From positions 100 through 64,099 of the forward strand of contig CBDUYN010000036.1 in NCBI GenBank assembly GCA_965371445.1: DNA of 64,000 bases, in the 5' to 3' direction. Position 1 is the first letter of the stretch; every line of letters starts with the position of its first letter. This DNA comes from an uncultured bacterium. GTDB taxonomy: Bacteria > Acidobacteriota > Thermoanaerobaculia > Multivoradales > J023. This document shows, one piece after another, positions 15,901 to 32,100 of the stretch. The notes under the pieces are model-generated. The model had not been told where the DNA came from. It searched no databases and was given only the letters and a program-made list of their open reading frames with translations. The position numbers and the translations under genes are program-made.

Positions 15901-17879
15901 CCCGAGGTGAAGATCACGTAAGCGAAATTCCGCGGCTCTACCGGGCAGGGGGGCTCGACGCTGCGGCGGCTGAGGGCTTCCGACTCCCGATCCAGAAGCA
16001 CACGCTCCGTCGTTTCCCCGAGCTCCGCCGGAGCGTACCCCGTCCGGCTCACCAGCAGGCGGACCCCGGCGTCTTCGATCATGAACCGCAACCGTTCGGC
16101 CGGCAGCTTGCCGTCCAGAGGCACGTAGCCGCCTCCCGCCTTGAGGGCCGCCAAAACGGCGACGACCATCTCCGGCGAGCGCGGCAGGCAGACCCCGACC
16201 ATCTCCCCGGGTTGAAGCCCCAGGGAAAGCAGGTGACGGGCCAACTGGTTCGCCTTCGCCTCCAGCTCGCCATAGCTCAGCCGCTGCTCCTCGAACAACA
16301 GCGCCGTGGCGTCGGGCGTGCGCCTGGCCTGCGCCGCGAAGAGGTCGTGCAGGCAGCCGGTTCCCCGCCATGCCTGACGCGTGTCGTTCCACTCCGTCAA
16401 GACCTGGTGGCGCTCGCCCGCGCTCAGCAGGGAGAGCTCGCCGAACCGCAGGCCGGGATTTTCCACCAGGCTCAAAAGCACGTTCTCGAAGTGACGCAGG
16501 AAGCGCCGCGGGGTCGTCGGCAGGAAGAGCACCCGGTTGTACACCAGGGTGCCCATGAGCTCTTCGCCGCGCTCTTCCAGCAGAAAGGTCAGGTCGAATT
16601 GAGCACCGCCCGTGCCGACGTCGATGACCGAAAAGGTCAGGTCTGGCAGACGAAACGTCGGGACGACCGCCGGCTGGTAGGAGAAGAGGACTTGAAACAG
16701 GGGAGTGTGGCTTTCGCTGCGCTCGGGATGGACCTCCCGGACGACCTGGCCGAAAGGCACCTCCTGGTTCGCCAGGGCGTCGAGCGTCGTCTGGTCGAGC
16801 CGCTTCAAAAGCTCCGAGAGCCGCGGGTCCCCGGAGAGGTCGGCGCGCAGAGCCAGCGTATTGAGCAAGAGCCCGACGACGTTTTCCAGCTCGGTCCGGT
16901 TGCGCCCGGCCACCGGGGTGCCCACACAGACCTCCCGCGCCCGCGTCCAGCGCCCCAACAACGCCGCAAAGGCGGTGAGGCAGAGGGTGAAAAGCGAGCT
17001 CCCGCTCTCCTGGCGCAGGCGAAGCAAGGCCTCGCGCAACGGCCCTGGGCAACGCCACAGGATCACCTCGCCGTCCAGGGCAACCACCGAAGGACGCGGC
17101 CGGTCCGTCGGCAAGCTCAGGACCGACGGCACCCCGGCGAGCTGCTCGCGCCAGTAGGCCAACTGGTCGTCGTAGGCGCCGCTCTCCAGTTGCCGCCGCT
17201 GCCAGCGCACGAAGTCGGCATACTGGATCTGCGAGTCGGGCAGCCGCGGCTCCTCGCCCGCCGCCAGGGCGCGGTAGACGGTGAGCAGCTCCCGGTAGAA
17301 GATCGCGTCGGACCAGCCGTCGGAGACCACGTGGTGCACGGCGCGCACGAGCACGTGCTCCTCGCGCCCCAGGCGGATCAGCAACAGGCGCAGCAGCGGA
17401 CCCCGGGACAGCTCGAAGGGGACGTTGGCCATGAGCCGGGCCAGGGGTTCCAGGCGGGCCTCGCGCCGCTCCGGCGGCAGGGCTTCGAGGGAGAGCACCG
17501 GCATCTCGAGGCGCATCACGTCCCGGACCTCCTGGAACGGTCCGTTCGCGCCTTCGCGGAGGATCGTGCGCAGGCTCTCGTGCCGGCCGACGACAATACC
17601 CAGGCCGCGCCGCAGGGCCGCGACGTCGAGGCGGCCGCGCAGCCGGGCCGCGGCGAGGATGACGTAAGCCGGGGAGCCCGGGTCCAACTGCTCCAGGAGC
17701 CACAGCCGGCTCTGGCCGTAGGAGAGGGGGACCTCCTCCCCGTCGCGCGGCGTGATCCGAAAGGCTTGCAGGGAACCCTCACCCGATCGCCCGGCCAGCT
17801 TCTTGAGCAGGAGTTGCCGCTTCGCCGGCGACAGCTTCTCCATGCGGCGGGCGATGTCTGATTTTTGAATCTCGCTCAT
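9939..17879 (-). CDS. Non-ribosomal peptide synthetase, C-A-T-E-C-A-T (two modules, the first epimerising)
   Basis: ORF 9939..17885. The track start at 17885 is TTG. ATG 17879 has AGGAG 6 nt upstream, so I prefer it. Motifs in order: LSYGQSRLWLLEQ and HHVVSDGWS (C); FAYVIFTSGSTGKPKG (A); DNFFEVGGDSILSIQ (T); HHLAVDGVSWRVL (E, about 14101-14160); HHLLLDGWS (C); LAYVLYTSGSTGLPKG (A); DNFFHVGGHSLLVTQ (T). The C-terminal tail is ...EEVEEFEI. Confidence 0.93.
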   Translation of the reverse strand: MSEIQKSDIARRMEKLSPAKRQLLLKKLAGRSGEGSLQAFRITPRDGEEVPLSYGQSRLWLLEQLDPGSPAYVILAAARLRGRLDVAALRRGLGIVVGRHESLRTILREGANGPFQEVRDVMRLEMPVLSLEALPPERREARLEPLARLMANVPFELSRGPLLRLLLIRLGREEHVLVRAVHHVVSDGWSDAIFYRELLTVYRALAAGEEPRLPDSQIQYADFVRWQRRQLESGAYDDQLAYWREQLAGVPSVLSLPTDRPRPSVVALDGEVILWRCPGPLREALLRLRQESGSSLFTLCLTAFAALLGRWTRAREVCVGTPVAGRNRTELENVVGLLLNTLALRADLSGDPRLSELLKRLDQTTLDALANQEVPFGQVVREVHPERSESHTPLFQVLFSYQPAVVPTFRLPDLTFSVIDVGTGGAQFDLTFLLEERGEELMGTLVYNRVLFLPTTPRRFLRHFENVLLSLVENPGLRFGELSLLSAGERHQVLTEWNDTRQAWRGTGCLHDLFAAQARRTPDATALLFEEQRLSYGELEAKANQLARHLLSLGLQPGEMVGVCLPRSPEMVVAVLAALKAGGGYVPLDGKLPAERLRFMIEDAGVRLLVSRTGYAPAELGETTERVLLDRESEALSRRSVEPPCPVEPRNFAYVIFTSGSTGKPKGVMVRHEPAMRLIAWVNRTFEVGPGDRMLFVASLSFDLSVYDIFGMLAAGGSIRIASGEDLEEPERLVRLLQEDGITFWDSAPAALQQLAPLFPSPGEGSETLRRVFLSGDWIPVPLPDQVRASFPRARVISLGGATECTVWSNFYPIERVDPSWPSIPYGRPMKNARYLVLDPRMGPCPIGVPGDLCIGGHCLSGGYASAPALAAERFVPDPFAEHPGDRLYRTGDLARFFNDGNLEFLGRQDAQVKIRGFRVELGEIETALTRYEGVRDAVAVIDGPSGPAAVRAGRLVAYVVPRTPEAAPRVEDLRVFLGDILPEYMVPSTFMFLDAIPLTANGKLDRKALPSPSGQEETAGFVAPSTPAEELLAGIWRQVLGLRDVGVHDNFFEVGGDSILSIQVVSQARAAGLRLSPRQVFQNPTVAEQAAVAVAAGSAGDEAASVTGPVPLTPIQQSFFASRSAVHQHFNQAVLLAPVERLDAGRLAAASEVLVLHHDALRLRFFQDSGAQDSGAWHQESRAQGGPSPCTVIDLSRVPSDRQAGVLGSVADASHRGFDPSRGALQRLVLLDLGAERAQRLLWVIHHLAVDGVSWRVLLADLESCYRQLERGEAPVLPPRTASFGRWAQALEELGRSGDLAEELDFWTEAGRARAALPVDDPRAPNTVATTRKVEVALAEEETRALLYDVPAVYRTNIDEVLLTALVLAFRKWTGERGLRLALEGHGREEELVGGLDLSRTVGWFTSLYPVSLEVAEGGPGETLKAVKERLRSVPHHGVGYGVLRYLGAAEARQRLGARPDPEVIFNYLGQLDTALSASFWRPAEEASGARADSRGLRESLLEVSGGVQAGRLRLRWEHGARHRRSTVETLARGYLESLRALIDHCRTVGFGGHTPSDFPLADLDQTSLDALLASRGPVEDLYPLTSMQQGMLFHTLYEPGSGTYVEQLSATLRGPLDPERLRRAWRSVVRRHSVLRTAFLWEGLEEPLQLVLEEPRLPWREEDWRELSAAERRERLDAELEDDIRRGFDLDEAPLMRILLIRAGEESWHFAWSYHHLLLDGWSSGLVFRDALAYYRGQEPPGIPPYRAYVAWLREHDLAETEAFWRATLEGFTTPTLLAEGRRGDTRDLAAYRQRETRLAPETTEALRAVAARHSLTLNTLLQGAWSLLLAGTTGRRDVLFGATVSGRSAGPEGRESMVGLFINTLPVRARVEAEGECFPWLAAQQAAHAEAREHEHSPLERVQLWSGFGAEQPLFDHILVFENFPVGAALQEDEDLRPSDVRVFERTNYPLTVDVVPESALLMKLSYEASLFEDTAALRILGHFGHLLSGLSQDPLRLRELSLLGPAERHQLLLEWNVTPPAEAPAAFVELFARQAGATPEAVAAVCEDRRATYRQLDRRTNAVARRLIDAGVDGETVVTILAERGIDFLLAVLSIWKAGGAYLPLDPRHPAGRHRQVLGASGSGLVLVSRELLSSLTEALGEPASCRVQVLEDLVEEAGESSEPLPARGRPENLAYVLYTSGSTGLPKGAMVEQRGMVNHLRAKILDLGIESGDRVAQNASQCFDISIWQFLAALWVGGRVVIYPDEVAHDPARLLAAVREDAVTILEVVPSMMQMMVADEEEVPSPLPRLRWLVPTGEALPVELARRWHGVFPRIPLVNAYGPTECSDDVTHHVLRGPVDAAARTIPIGRPVLSLRLYVLAPDLSPVPFGRPGELFVAGIGVGRGYLSDPRSTATAFLPHPFATDERLYRTGDLGRFTTEGELEFLGRVDHQVKLRGFRIELGEIETALSRHETVEQAVVVMRETASGNQQLVAWLVSCPGEEVEPAALREFLRERLPEHMVPAFFAPLDGLPLSPNGKVDRRALSVRELAADAQSTVAPRTPLEEELVGLWRELLAIETLGVRDNFFHVGGHSLLVTQLFSKIRKKYLVELPLRAFFEAPTVEELAERIELARWADRAEPSSADHSANDLAAEEVEEFEI
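13250..14560 (-). other. Epimerisation domain
   Basis: It follows a GGDSI-type T domain. Motifs: PLTPIQQSFF, HHLAVDGVSWRVLLADL (about 14101-14160), EGHGREE, FNYLGQ. Confidence 0.85.
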
Positions 17880-17912
17880 CTTCAACTCCTGGCGTCAAGG
17901 CTCAGACCCCTG

Positions 17913-20366
17913 CTATTCGTAGCGCAGGGCCTCGGAGGGCTCCACGGCCAGTGCCTTGCGGATCGGCATGAACGTCGCGACGAGCGTCACCAGAAAGAGC
18001 GGCGGGACGATCAGGACGAAAGCGATCGGATCGGTCGGTGCCACGTCGTAGAGCAGGCTCGACATGACGCGGCTCAAAGCGAAAGCCGCGCCGACGCCGA
18101 TCGTGATTCCAATCACCATGTCGAGGAGCGACTGCTTGAGCACCAACACGACGACCTCTCCCTTCCTGGCTCCCAACGCCACACGGACTCCGATCTCACG
18201 GGTCCGACGGCTGGCCGAATACGACATGACGCTGTAGATCCCCAGCGTCGTCAAGACGACCGCGGCGCCGGCGAAGAGCAGCATGAGGATCGTCCTGAAA
18301 CGTATCCCGCTCACGTCTTCCGCCATGCTCTCCTCCATGGTGATGGCCTCGAACACGGCACGTGTCGGATCGATTTTCCGGACCACGTCGCGAACCATTT
18401 CGACCATGGTGGCCTTGTCGGTTTCCGTACGGACGAAGACGTTGACCTGCGCCGCGGGGAGCTGGTCGAAGGTGACGTAGCAATCGCGGAGCATCTCGGA
18501 ATGAGAACGTCCCAGGCCCCGCATGCGCGCGTTGGAGACGACGCCGACGACCGTACGCCACCCATCCTGGCCGAAGACGTTGACCACACGTTTCCCGATC
18601 GCGCTCTCGCCCGGCCACAGCTCGTCGGCAATCGCCTTGCTGATGACGATGGTCGCGAGGCCGTCGGCGCGGTCCGTCTCGTCGAGCATCCGCCCCGCGA
18701 GCAGTCGCAGCCCGATCTTTTCCGTCGCTCCCGGGGTCACGAAGTGGATCCAGGTGTGCAGACGGCTGTAGGACGGATCCGCTTCCTTGCCCTCCGGGAC
18801 CATGTACAGAAACGTCGTGCTCGATCCCGGCAGCCCCATGCCCCAGAGGCCGGCGTCGATCACCCCCGGTAGCGCGGAGACACCCTCCTCCAGGTTGCGG
18901 AAGAAGACCCGAGCGATCTCCTCGTCCTCCTCGTAACGCGGGCCGTCGAGGATCAGCCGCATGTACACGAGGTTTTCGGTGTCGAAGCCGTAATCGGTCT
19001 TCGTGAACTCGTAGATGCTTCGGGCCATGAGACCGGCGCCGACCAGGACGGCGACGGAGAGGGCAACCTGCAGGACGACCAGGCCACGGCGCAAGAGGTT
19101 ACGCTCCCGGCCGCCGCCGCCCGTACCCGCACCACTCGGCCGCAGGAGGTCGTGGAAGCTGACCTTGGCGGCACGGATCACCGGCACCAGGCCGAAAAGC
19201 AGCGTCGTGGCCAGAGCCAGGAGCAGGGTGACCAGGAACACGCTCTTGTCGACCGACACCTCGGCGAAGCTGTACAGGTTCAAGGGATCGCTGGCGAACA
19301 CCAGCTTGACACCGGCGTAGGCCAGGAAGAAACCCACCAAGCCGGCGGCCAGCGCGATCGACACGCCCTCCGCCATCGCTTGATGGACGAAGCTCCGGCG
19401 CCCGGCGCCCATGGCCATCCGGACGGCGAATTCCCGGAGACGCTCGACGAAACGGGCGAGCAGCAGAAGCGTCACACTGATGCAGCTCAGGAAGAAAACC
19501 AGGCCGGACCCGAGGCCGAGCACCGTGACGGTGTCGTTTAACCGGCCAAATTGGGTACGCAGGTCCAAAAACGAGGTCACGCGCGCCTCGACGTTCTTGT
19601 TGGTGTCGGGATATTCGTTCTGCAAAGCGATCGACACCGCCCTCATACCGGCGTGCGCCTGCTCGACCGTGACACCCTCGCGGAGACGTCCGACGACGAC
19701 CGACGTGTAGAAGCGGCGGTCCTCGACGAACCCTGGCGACCCCTCGACGGCACTCCGCCGATAGGGCACCACGACTTCCATGGGCTCATAGCGGAGCCAG
19801 CGGGTCTTCTGCACCATGACCCCCACGACTTCGTAGGGATTGCCTCCCAGGGCGATCGACTGGCCGACGATGTCCGGGTCGCCGCCGTATTCCGACTGCC
19901 AGAAACCGTAGCTCAAGACGACGACCGGGATGCCGGTCGGCGGCTGGTTGTCGGCCTCGGTCAGCCGCCGTCCGAGGGCCATCTCCACGTCGAGCGTGTC
20001 GAAGAAGTACGGATCGACAAACATCATCATGACGCGTTCGGCGCCGTCGTCCCGCTGGACCGACGACGGGAAGTTCGTAAAGGCCGCCAGACCGTCGAAG
20101 AACTCCACGCCGCGTTCTTTCCAGTCCTGGATGTCGACGTAGGAAATCGCCTCGCGATTATGGATCGGCTCGGGACCCCTTCTCCACATCATGATGATGC
20201 GCTCGGGGTCTCGGTACGGCACCGAGCCGAAATAGATGGACTGCGCGAGAGACAGGATCATCGTTACGAATCCGATTCCCAGGGCCAGGATGAGGACCAC
20301 CAGAGAGGTAAACCGAGGGCGTCTGGCAAAGGATCTGAGACCACTGCGGATGTCTTTGCTTAGCAT
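17913..20366 (-). CDS. ADOP-family (duplicated FtsX/MacB-type) ABC transporter permease
   Basis: ORF 17913..20381. The track start is TTG at 20381. ATG 20366 is preceded by GAGGAAGGTGAAA. The N-terminus MLSKDIRSGLRSFARRPRFTSLVVLILALGIGFVTMILS...VPYRDPERI is the typical ADOP/MacB-permease head. The roughly 820-aa length fits two FtsX-type TM bundles, and the protein ends ...ALAVEPSEALRYE. No ATPase gene is adjacent. Confidence 0.82.
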   Translation of the reverse strand: MLSKDIRSGLRSFARRPRFTSLVVLILALGIGFVTMILSLAQSIYFGSVPYRDPERIIMMWRRGPEPIHNREAISYVDIQDWKERGVEFFDGLAAFTNFPSSVQRDDGAERVMMMFVDPYFFDTLDVEMALGRRLTEADNQPPTGIPVVVLSYGFWQSEYGGDPDIVGQSIALGGNPYEVVGVMVQKTRWLRYEPMEVVVPYRRSAVEGSPGFVEDRRFYTSVVVGRLREGVTVEQAHAGMRAVSIALQNEYPDTNKNVEARVTSFLDLRTQFGRLNDTVTVLGLGSGLVFFLSCISVTLLLLARFVERLREFAVRMAMGAGRRSFVHQAMAEGVSIALAAGLVGFFLAYAGVKLVFASDPLNLYSFAEVSVDKSVFLVTLLLALATTLLFGLVPVIRAAKVSFHDLLRPSGAGTGGGGRERNLLRRGLVVLQVALSVAVLVGAGLMARSIYEFTKTDYGFDTENLVYMRLILDGPRYEEDEEIARVFFRNLEEGVSALPGVIDAGLWGMGLPGSSTTFLYMVPEGKEADPSYSRLHTWIHFVTPGATEKIGLRLLAGRMLDETDRADGLATIVISKAIADELWPGESAIGKRVVNVFGQDGWRTVVGVVSNARMRGLGRSHSEMLRDCYVTFDQLPAAQVNVFVRTETDKATMVEMVRDVVRKIDPTRAVFEAITMEESMAEDVSGIRFRTILMLLFAGAAVVLTTLGIYSVMSYSASRRTREIGVRVALGARKGEVVVLVLKQSLLDMVIGITIGVGAAFALSRVMSSLLYDVAPTDPIAFVLIVPPLFLVTLVATFMPIRKALAVEPSEALRYE

Positions 20367-20377
20367 TTTCACCTTCC

Positions 20378-21543
20378 TCAAGTTGGAAAAGAAGAGATCT
20401 TCCGAAGCCGCGCCTCGCGTTCGTGGCCGAAAGCCGGGTTGACGGTACAGGTCGAGCCCTCCGCGGCCAGCTCCGCGTCGGTGCAGACACCGCAGAAAGT
20501 GCAGGGCACGATGTCCTCAAGACGGCCTTCGCTCACCTTGCGGGGCAGCTCCGGATCGGCGATCAACGCGCGGCCCATGGCCACCAGGTCGATTTTACCC
20601 GCCGCCAGGGCGCTCTCGGCGAGCGGTGGCGGTATCCGGCCGCAGGCGACGACCGGGATGGAGACGGCCCGGCGGATCTCTTCGGCGTAGGGCAAAAGCC
20701 CGCCCTCCGGCCAGCTCATGGGGTCGACCCGGACCTCGCCGACCAGGGAGACCGAGATGTCGAGGACGTGGACCCCGGCCTCCTCGAGCCATTTCGCGAC
20801 CTGCCGCGTCTCCCCGAGGGTGATGCCGTCGGCAAGCGGCTCAAAGCCCTCCACGCACCGGCATTCGACGGCGCTCAGGCGGCAGAGCAGCGGGTAGCTC
20901 GTGCCCACTCGCCGCTGGACCGCCGCCACGACCTCGAGGAGGAAGCGGGCACGGTTCTCGAGCGTGCCGCCGTACTCGTCGCGGCGGTGGTTGTAGGTTG
21001 GGGAGAGGAATTGGGAGAGGAGATAGCCGTGGGCGGCGTGCAGCTCGACGCCGTCGAAGCCGGCCATCCGGACGCGGGCCGCGGCCGCGGCGAAGCGTTC
21101 GACCAGCTCGGGGATCTCGTCGGCGCGCAGCTCGCGGGGCGTCTCGCCGAAGTGGTTGGGGATCGGCGAAGGGGCCACGGGCTGCTCGCCGGTGATCATC
21201 GAGGTGGCCTTGCGGCCGGCGTGGTGGAGCTGCAACACCACGGCGGCCCGGGCGCCGCGGACGGCGTGGGCCAGCTTCCGCAGGCCGGGCAGGAACTCGT
21301 CGCCGTCGGCGCGCAACTGGCGCGGCGTCAGGTGTCCCCGCGGTGCCTCGATCGAGGTCGCCCCCACCAGCACCAGGCCGGCGCCGCCCTCGGCCCGCGC
21401 CCGATACGCCTCGACCATGCGCTCGCTCACCTGCCCCGACGGCTCCGCAAAGCCGCAGTCCATGGGGGCCATCACCATGCGGTTCCTGAGCTTCAGGCGA
21501 CCGCAGGTGAAGGCGGAGGTCAGGTGGGGGAAGGTTGGACGGC

Positions 21544-21547
<4 letters not shown>
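20378..21547 (-). CDS. Old Yellow Enzyme family NADH:flavin oxidoreductase (FadH/enoate-reductase-like TIM barrel plus CxxCxxC...C motif, no C-terminal FAD/NAD(P)H domain)
   Basis: The true start is the internal ATG at 21547 (MSRPTFPHLTSAFTCGRLKLRNRMVMAPM...). It forms an ATGA overlap with the stop of the upstream megasynthase at 21544-21546. OYE motifs: VLQLHHAGR and GFDGVELHAAHGYLLSQFLSP..N.R.DEYGG. C-terminal cysteine motif: PCTFCGVCTDAELAAEGSTCTVNP. Confidence 0.85.
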
Positions 21548-29157
<7,610 letters not shown>

Positions 29158-32100
29158 CTAGTCGCCTGTTGCATGGAGGTCGAGGAGAGTCTCCTCTACC
29201 TCGTCGTCGGACAATTCCGCCAGGACGGCCATGATCTCCTCGTGGTCCTCTTTCTCCCGGACGGTCTGAATCTGTGCCACCTCTCGGGCCTGTTCTTCCA
29301 CGGTGGCGAGGATGAAGAGCTTGTCGACCGGCATCTCGACGTCGAACCTCTCGACGATCCGCGAGTGGATCTGGGTGGCGATCAGGGAATCACCGCCGAC
29401 CTCGAAGAAGTTGTCGTGGAGCCCGATCCGGGCGATGCCGAGGACCTGCTCCCAGATGGCGGCGACGCCCTTCTCCTGCTCGCTCTCCGGTGCCACGTAC
29501 TCGTCGCCGCCGATGGCGAGGGCCTCCTCGAGGGGACGGCGGCGGGTGGGGAGCCGGTTCCAGGCGGCGGCCATGGCCGCTGCCGGCTGGTGGGTGAGAA
29601 GCACCCGGCGGAGCTCCGGAGCACGGAGCACGGCGGCCAGGGCCGAAGCGCCCAGGTGGGGCGGCAGCCCGCCGTTTGTCCCCCTCCGGGCGAGCCCCCC
29701 GCCGGCCGTCCCGCCGTCGATCGGCACGCCCCAGGCCAGGCTCCGCCAGGCGGCGCCCTCCCCCCGCGAGGCGCGGGCCGCGAAGTAGAGGTCGGTCGCG
29801 TTGGCCGGACCCGAGAGCTCGTCGCCGGCCGCGGCGAGCGGCGAGACGAGCAGCTTCATCTCCGGCTCCTCGTCCGCCAGGCCCTCCTCCAGGGCGCTGA
29901 GGGTGGCCGACGCCGACGCCAGGACGCTGGCGTAGGCCGCCGCGTCGAGCTCGTCCTCGAGCCCGGCACCGTTCCAGGCTCCGGCGGCGTGCAGCACGCC
30001 GCGGAGGCGACCCCAGCGTTCCCGGGCCCGGCCGACGGCCGCCGGGATCTCCTCCGCCGTGCTCTTCCAGACCTCGACCTCCGCTCCCGCCGCCTCCAAC
30101 CGACCCACTTTGCGGACCCGCTCGGCCAGCTCCCGCCGCCGTTCGTGCCAGCGCTCCACCACCGTCTCCAGGTACTCGCCGGCGCGCAGGTCGACGTCCT
30201 GCTGGACGACCAGCAGCGAGTGGTCGACCGTGGCGCGCTCCTCGGCGTCGAGGGGAAAGACGCCGTGGTAGGAGAAGCCGAGCCCGGCGAGCAGCTCCTC
30301 CCACCGGGCCGGCTCGAGGAGCGGGTGCAAGGTACGGATCTCGTCGGCGTAGAGCCACCAGCCCTCGGCCAGCCCCCAGATCAGGCTGATCCAATGCTGA
30401 TCCCGGGTCGGCTCGAGGATCATCGTCCAGCCCCCGGGGGCCAGCAGGCGCCTCAGGTTGCGCATCGTCTCGGCGACGTCCGGGGTGGCGTGGACCACGT
30501 CGAAGGCGAGCAGGACGTCGAAGCCGTAGCGCTCGTAGCCCTGCGCCGCCGGATCCCGCGTCACGTCGAGGACGCCGAAGCGCAGGAAGTCGAGCCCCCG
30601 TGCCGCCGCCTCTCTCTGACCGGCGACCACGAAGGCGCGGCCGATGTCGGTCATGTGGTACTCGACGTTTGCCCCCCGCAGGGCTTCGGCCAGCTCCCAG
30701 GTCAGGTTGCCGTCGCCGGCACCGAATTCCAGGACGCGCAGCGGCCGGTGGGAAAGCCCGGCGGCTGCCTCCCGGATCACCTCGACCATCACAGGGTAGA
30801 AGATCCGGTTCACGGAGTAGCGGTCCTGGGTCTCCATCACCTGGCGCAACATCTCCGAGCTGCCGCCCGGGAAGAGGATGCTGACCGGGTCGACCTCGCC
30901 CCGAAAAGCCTCCGGGTAACGGGTCGCGCAATGGCCGACGCAGTCGACGCCCGGCGCGAAGTCGGGGTGCAGCTCCTTGGCGAGCTCGCCCAGGGCCTTG
31001 GGATCCGACAGCTCTTCCGGCAGCTCACGGAAGGTGACGCCGTCGTCGTCGAGCGCGACGATCCCGGCGCGGCACAGCACGTAGAGCAGGTAGTCGAAGA
31101 AGCGCTCGAAGCGCGGCACCACCGAGAGCTTCTCCATGAGCTCGCCGCGGGTGGTACATAGCCCCGGACGCGCGTCGGCGTGCTCGGCGAAGAAGTGGTA
31201 GCTCCAAGCGGCGCACAGAGCGTCGGCGAGGGTCTCGAAGTCCTCGGGCACGCTCTGGCGCTCGACGGTCTCGGCGAGCCGCTCCATCCGTACCGAGATC
31301 TCGGCTCGCGACATGTCGATGCCGGCGGCGTCGGCGGCGAGCTGCGCCAGAAAGGCGCTCATCTCCTCCGACGACGGCGGCTTCTCCTCCAGGAGGACCG
31401 GCCACTCTTGCCGCGGCGGCAGGGCCTCGGACTCGAGGAGGACGAGACGCCGGACGCCGTCGCCCGCGGCGCCGTCGCCGTAGCTCAACGCCTGGGCGAG
31501 GCTGAATCCGGGCTCGCTCAGGCCGCCGGTGAGGAGCCAGGTGCCCGCCGGCAGCCCCGCGTCGGTCTCGCCGGCCGGATCGCCGGACGCCGGATCGCCG
31601 GCCGCCGCCTCGACGGCCGGCAGGAAACGCCGTCCGCCCCGGTAGGCGACGGTCAGCTCTTGCGGCGCGGCGTCCACCTCGGCGGCCACCTGGGCCGACA
31701 ACCGCGGCAGGGAAGCGGCCTCCGAGGTGGCGTAGAGGTCCAGGTGGCGGCAGACGACGTGGGCCGTGCCCCGGGTGAGCGAGCGGCAGACGGCGGGCAG
31801 GACGGCCGCCCCCGGCCGCGGCATCTCCTGGACGAGGACCTCGTGGAGACCGTCGGTCAGGACCCAGAGGGCGAGCGGAGCGTCCGCCCGGCGGTCGAGA
31901 GCGCGGGCGAAACGCAGCAGGGGTTCGAAATCCTCCGCCGCCTCGGCGTCGGTGTCCAGGCGCCGCAGGTCGAGGATCACCTCCGGCAGCCCGGGGAGGG
32001 AGTCGAGGAGCTTCTCGGCGTCTTCCGCCTCCGCCGGTCCGGCCCGGCGAACGACGCGTCCGGCGCCGGCGAGCCGGTGCTCCAGGGCCTCGGCCAGGGG

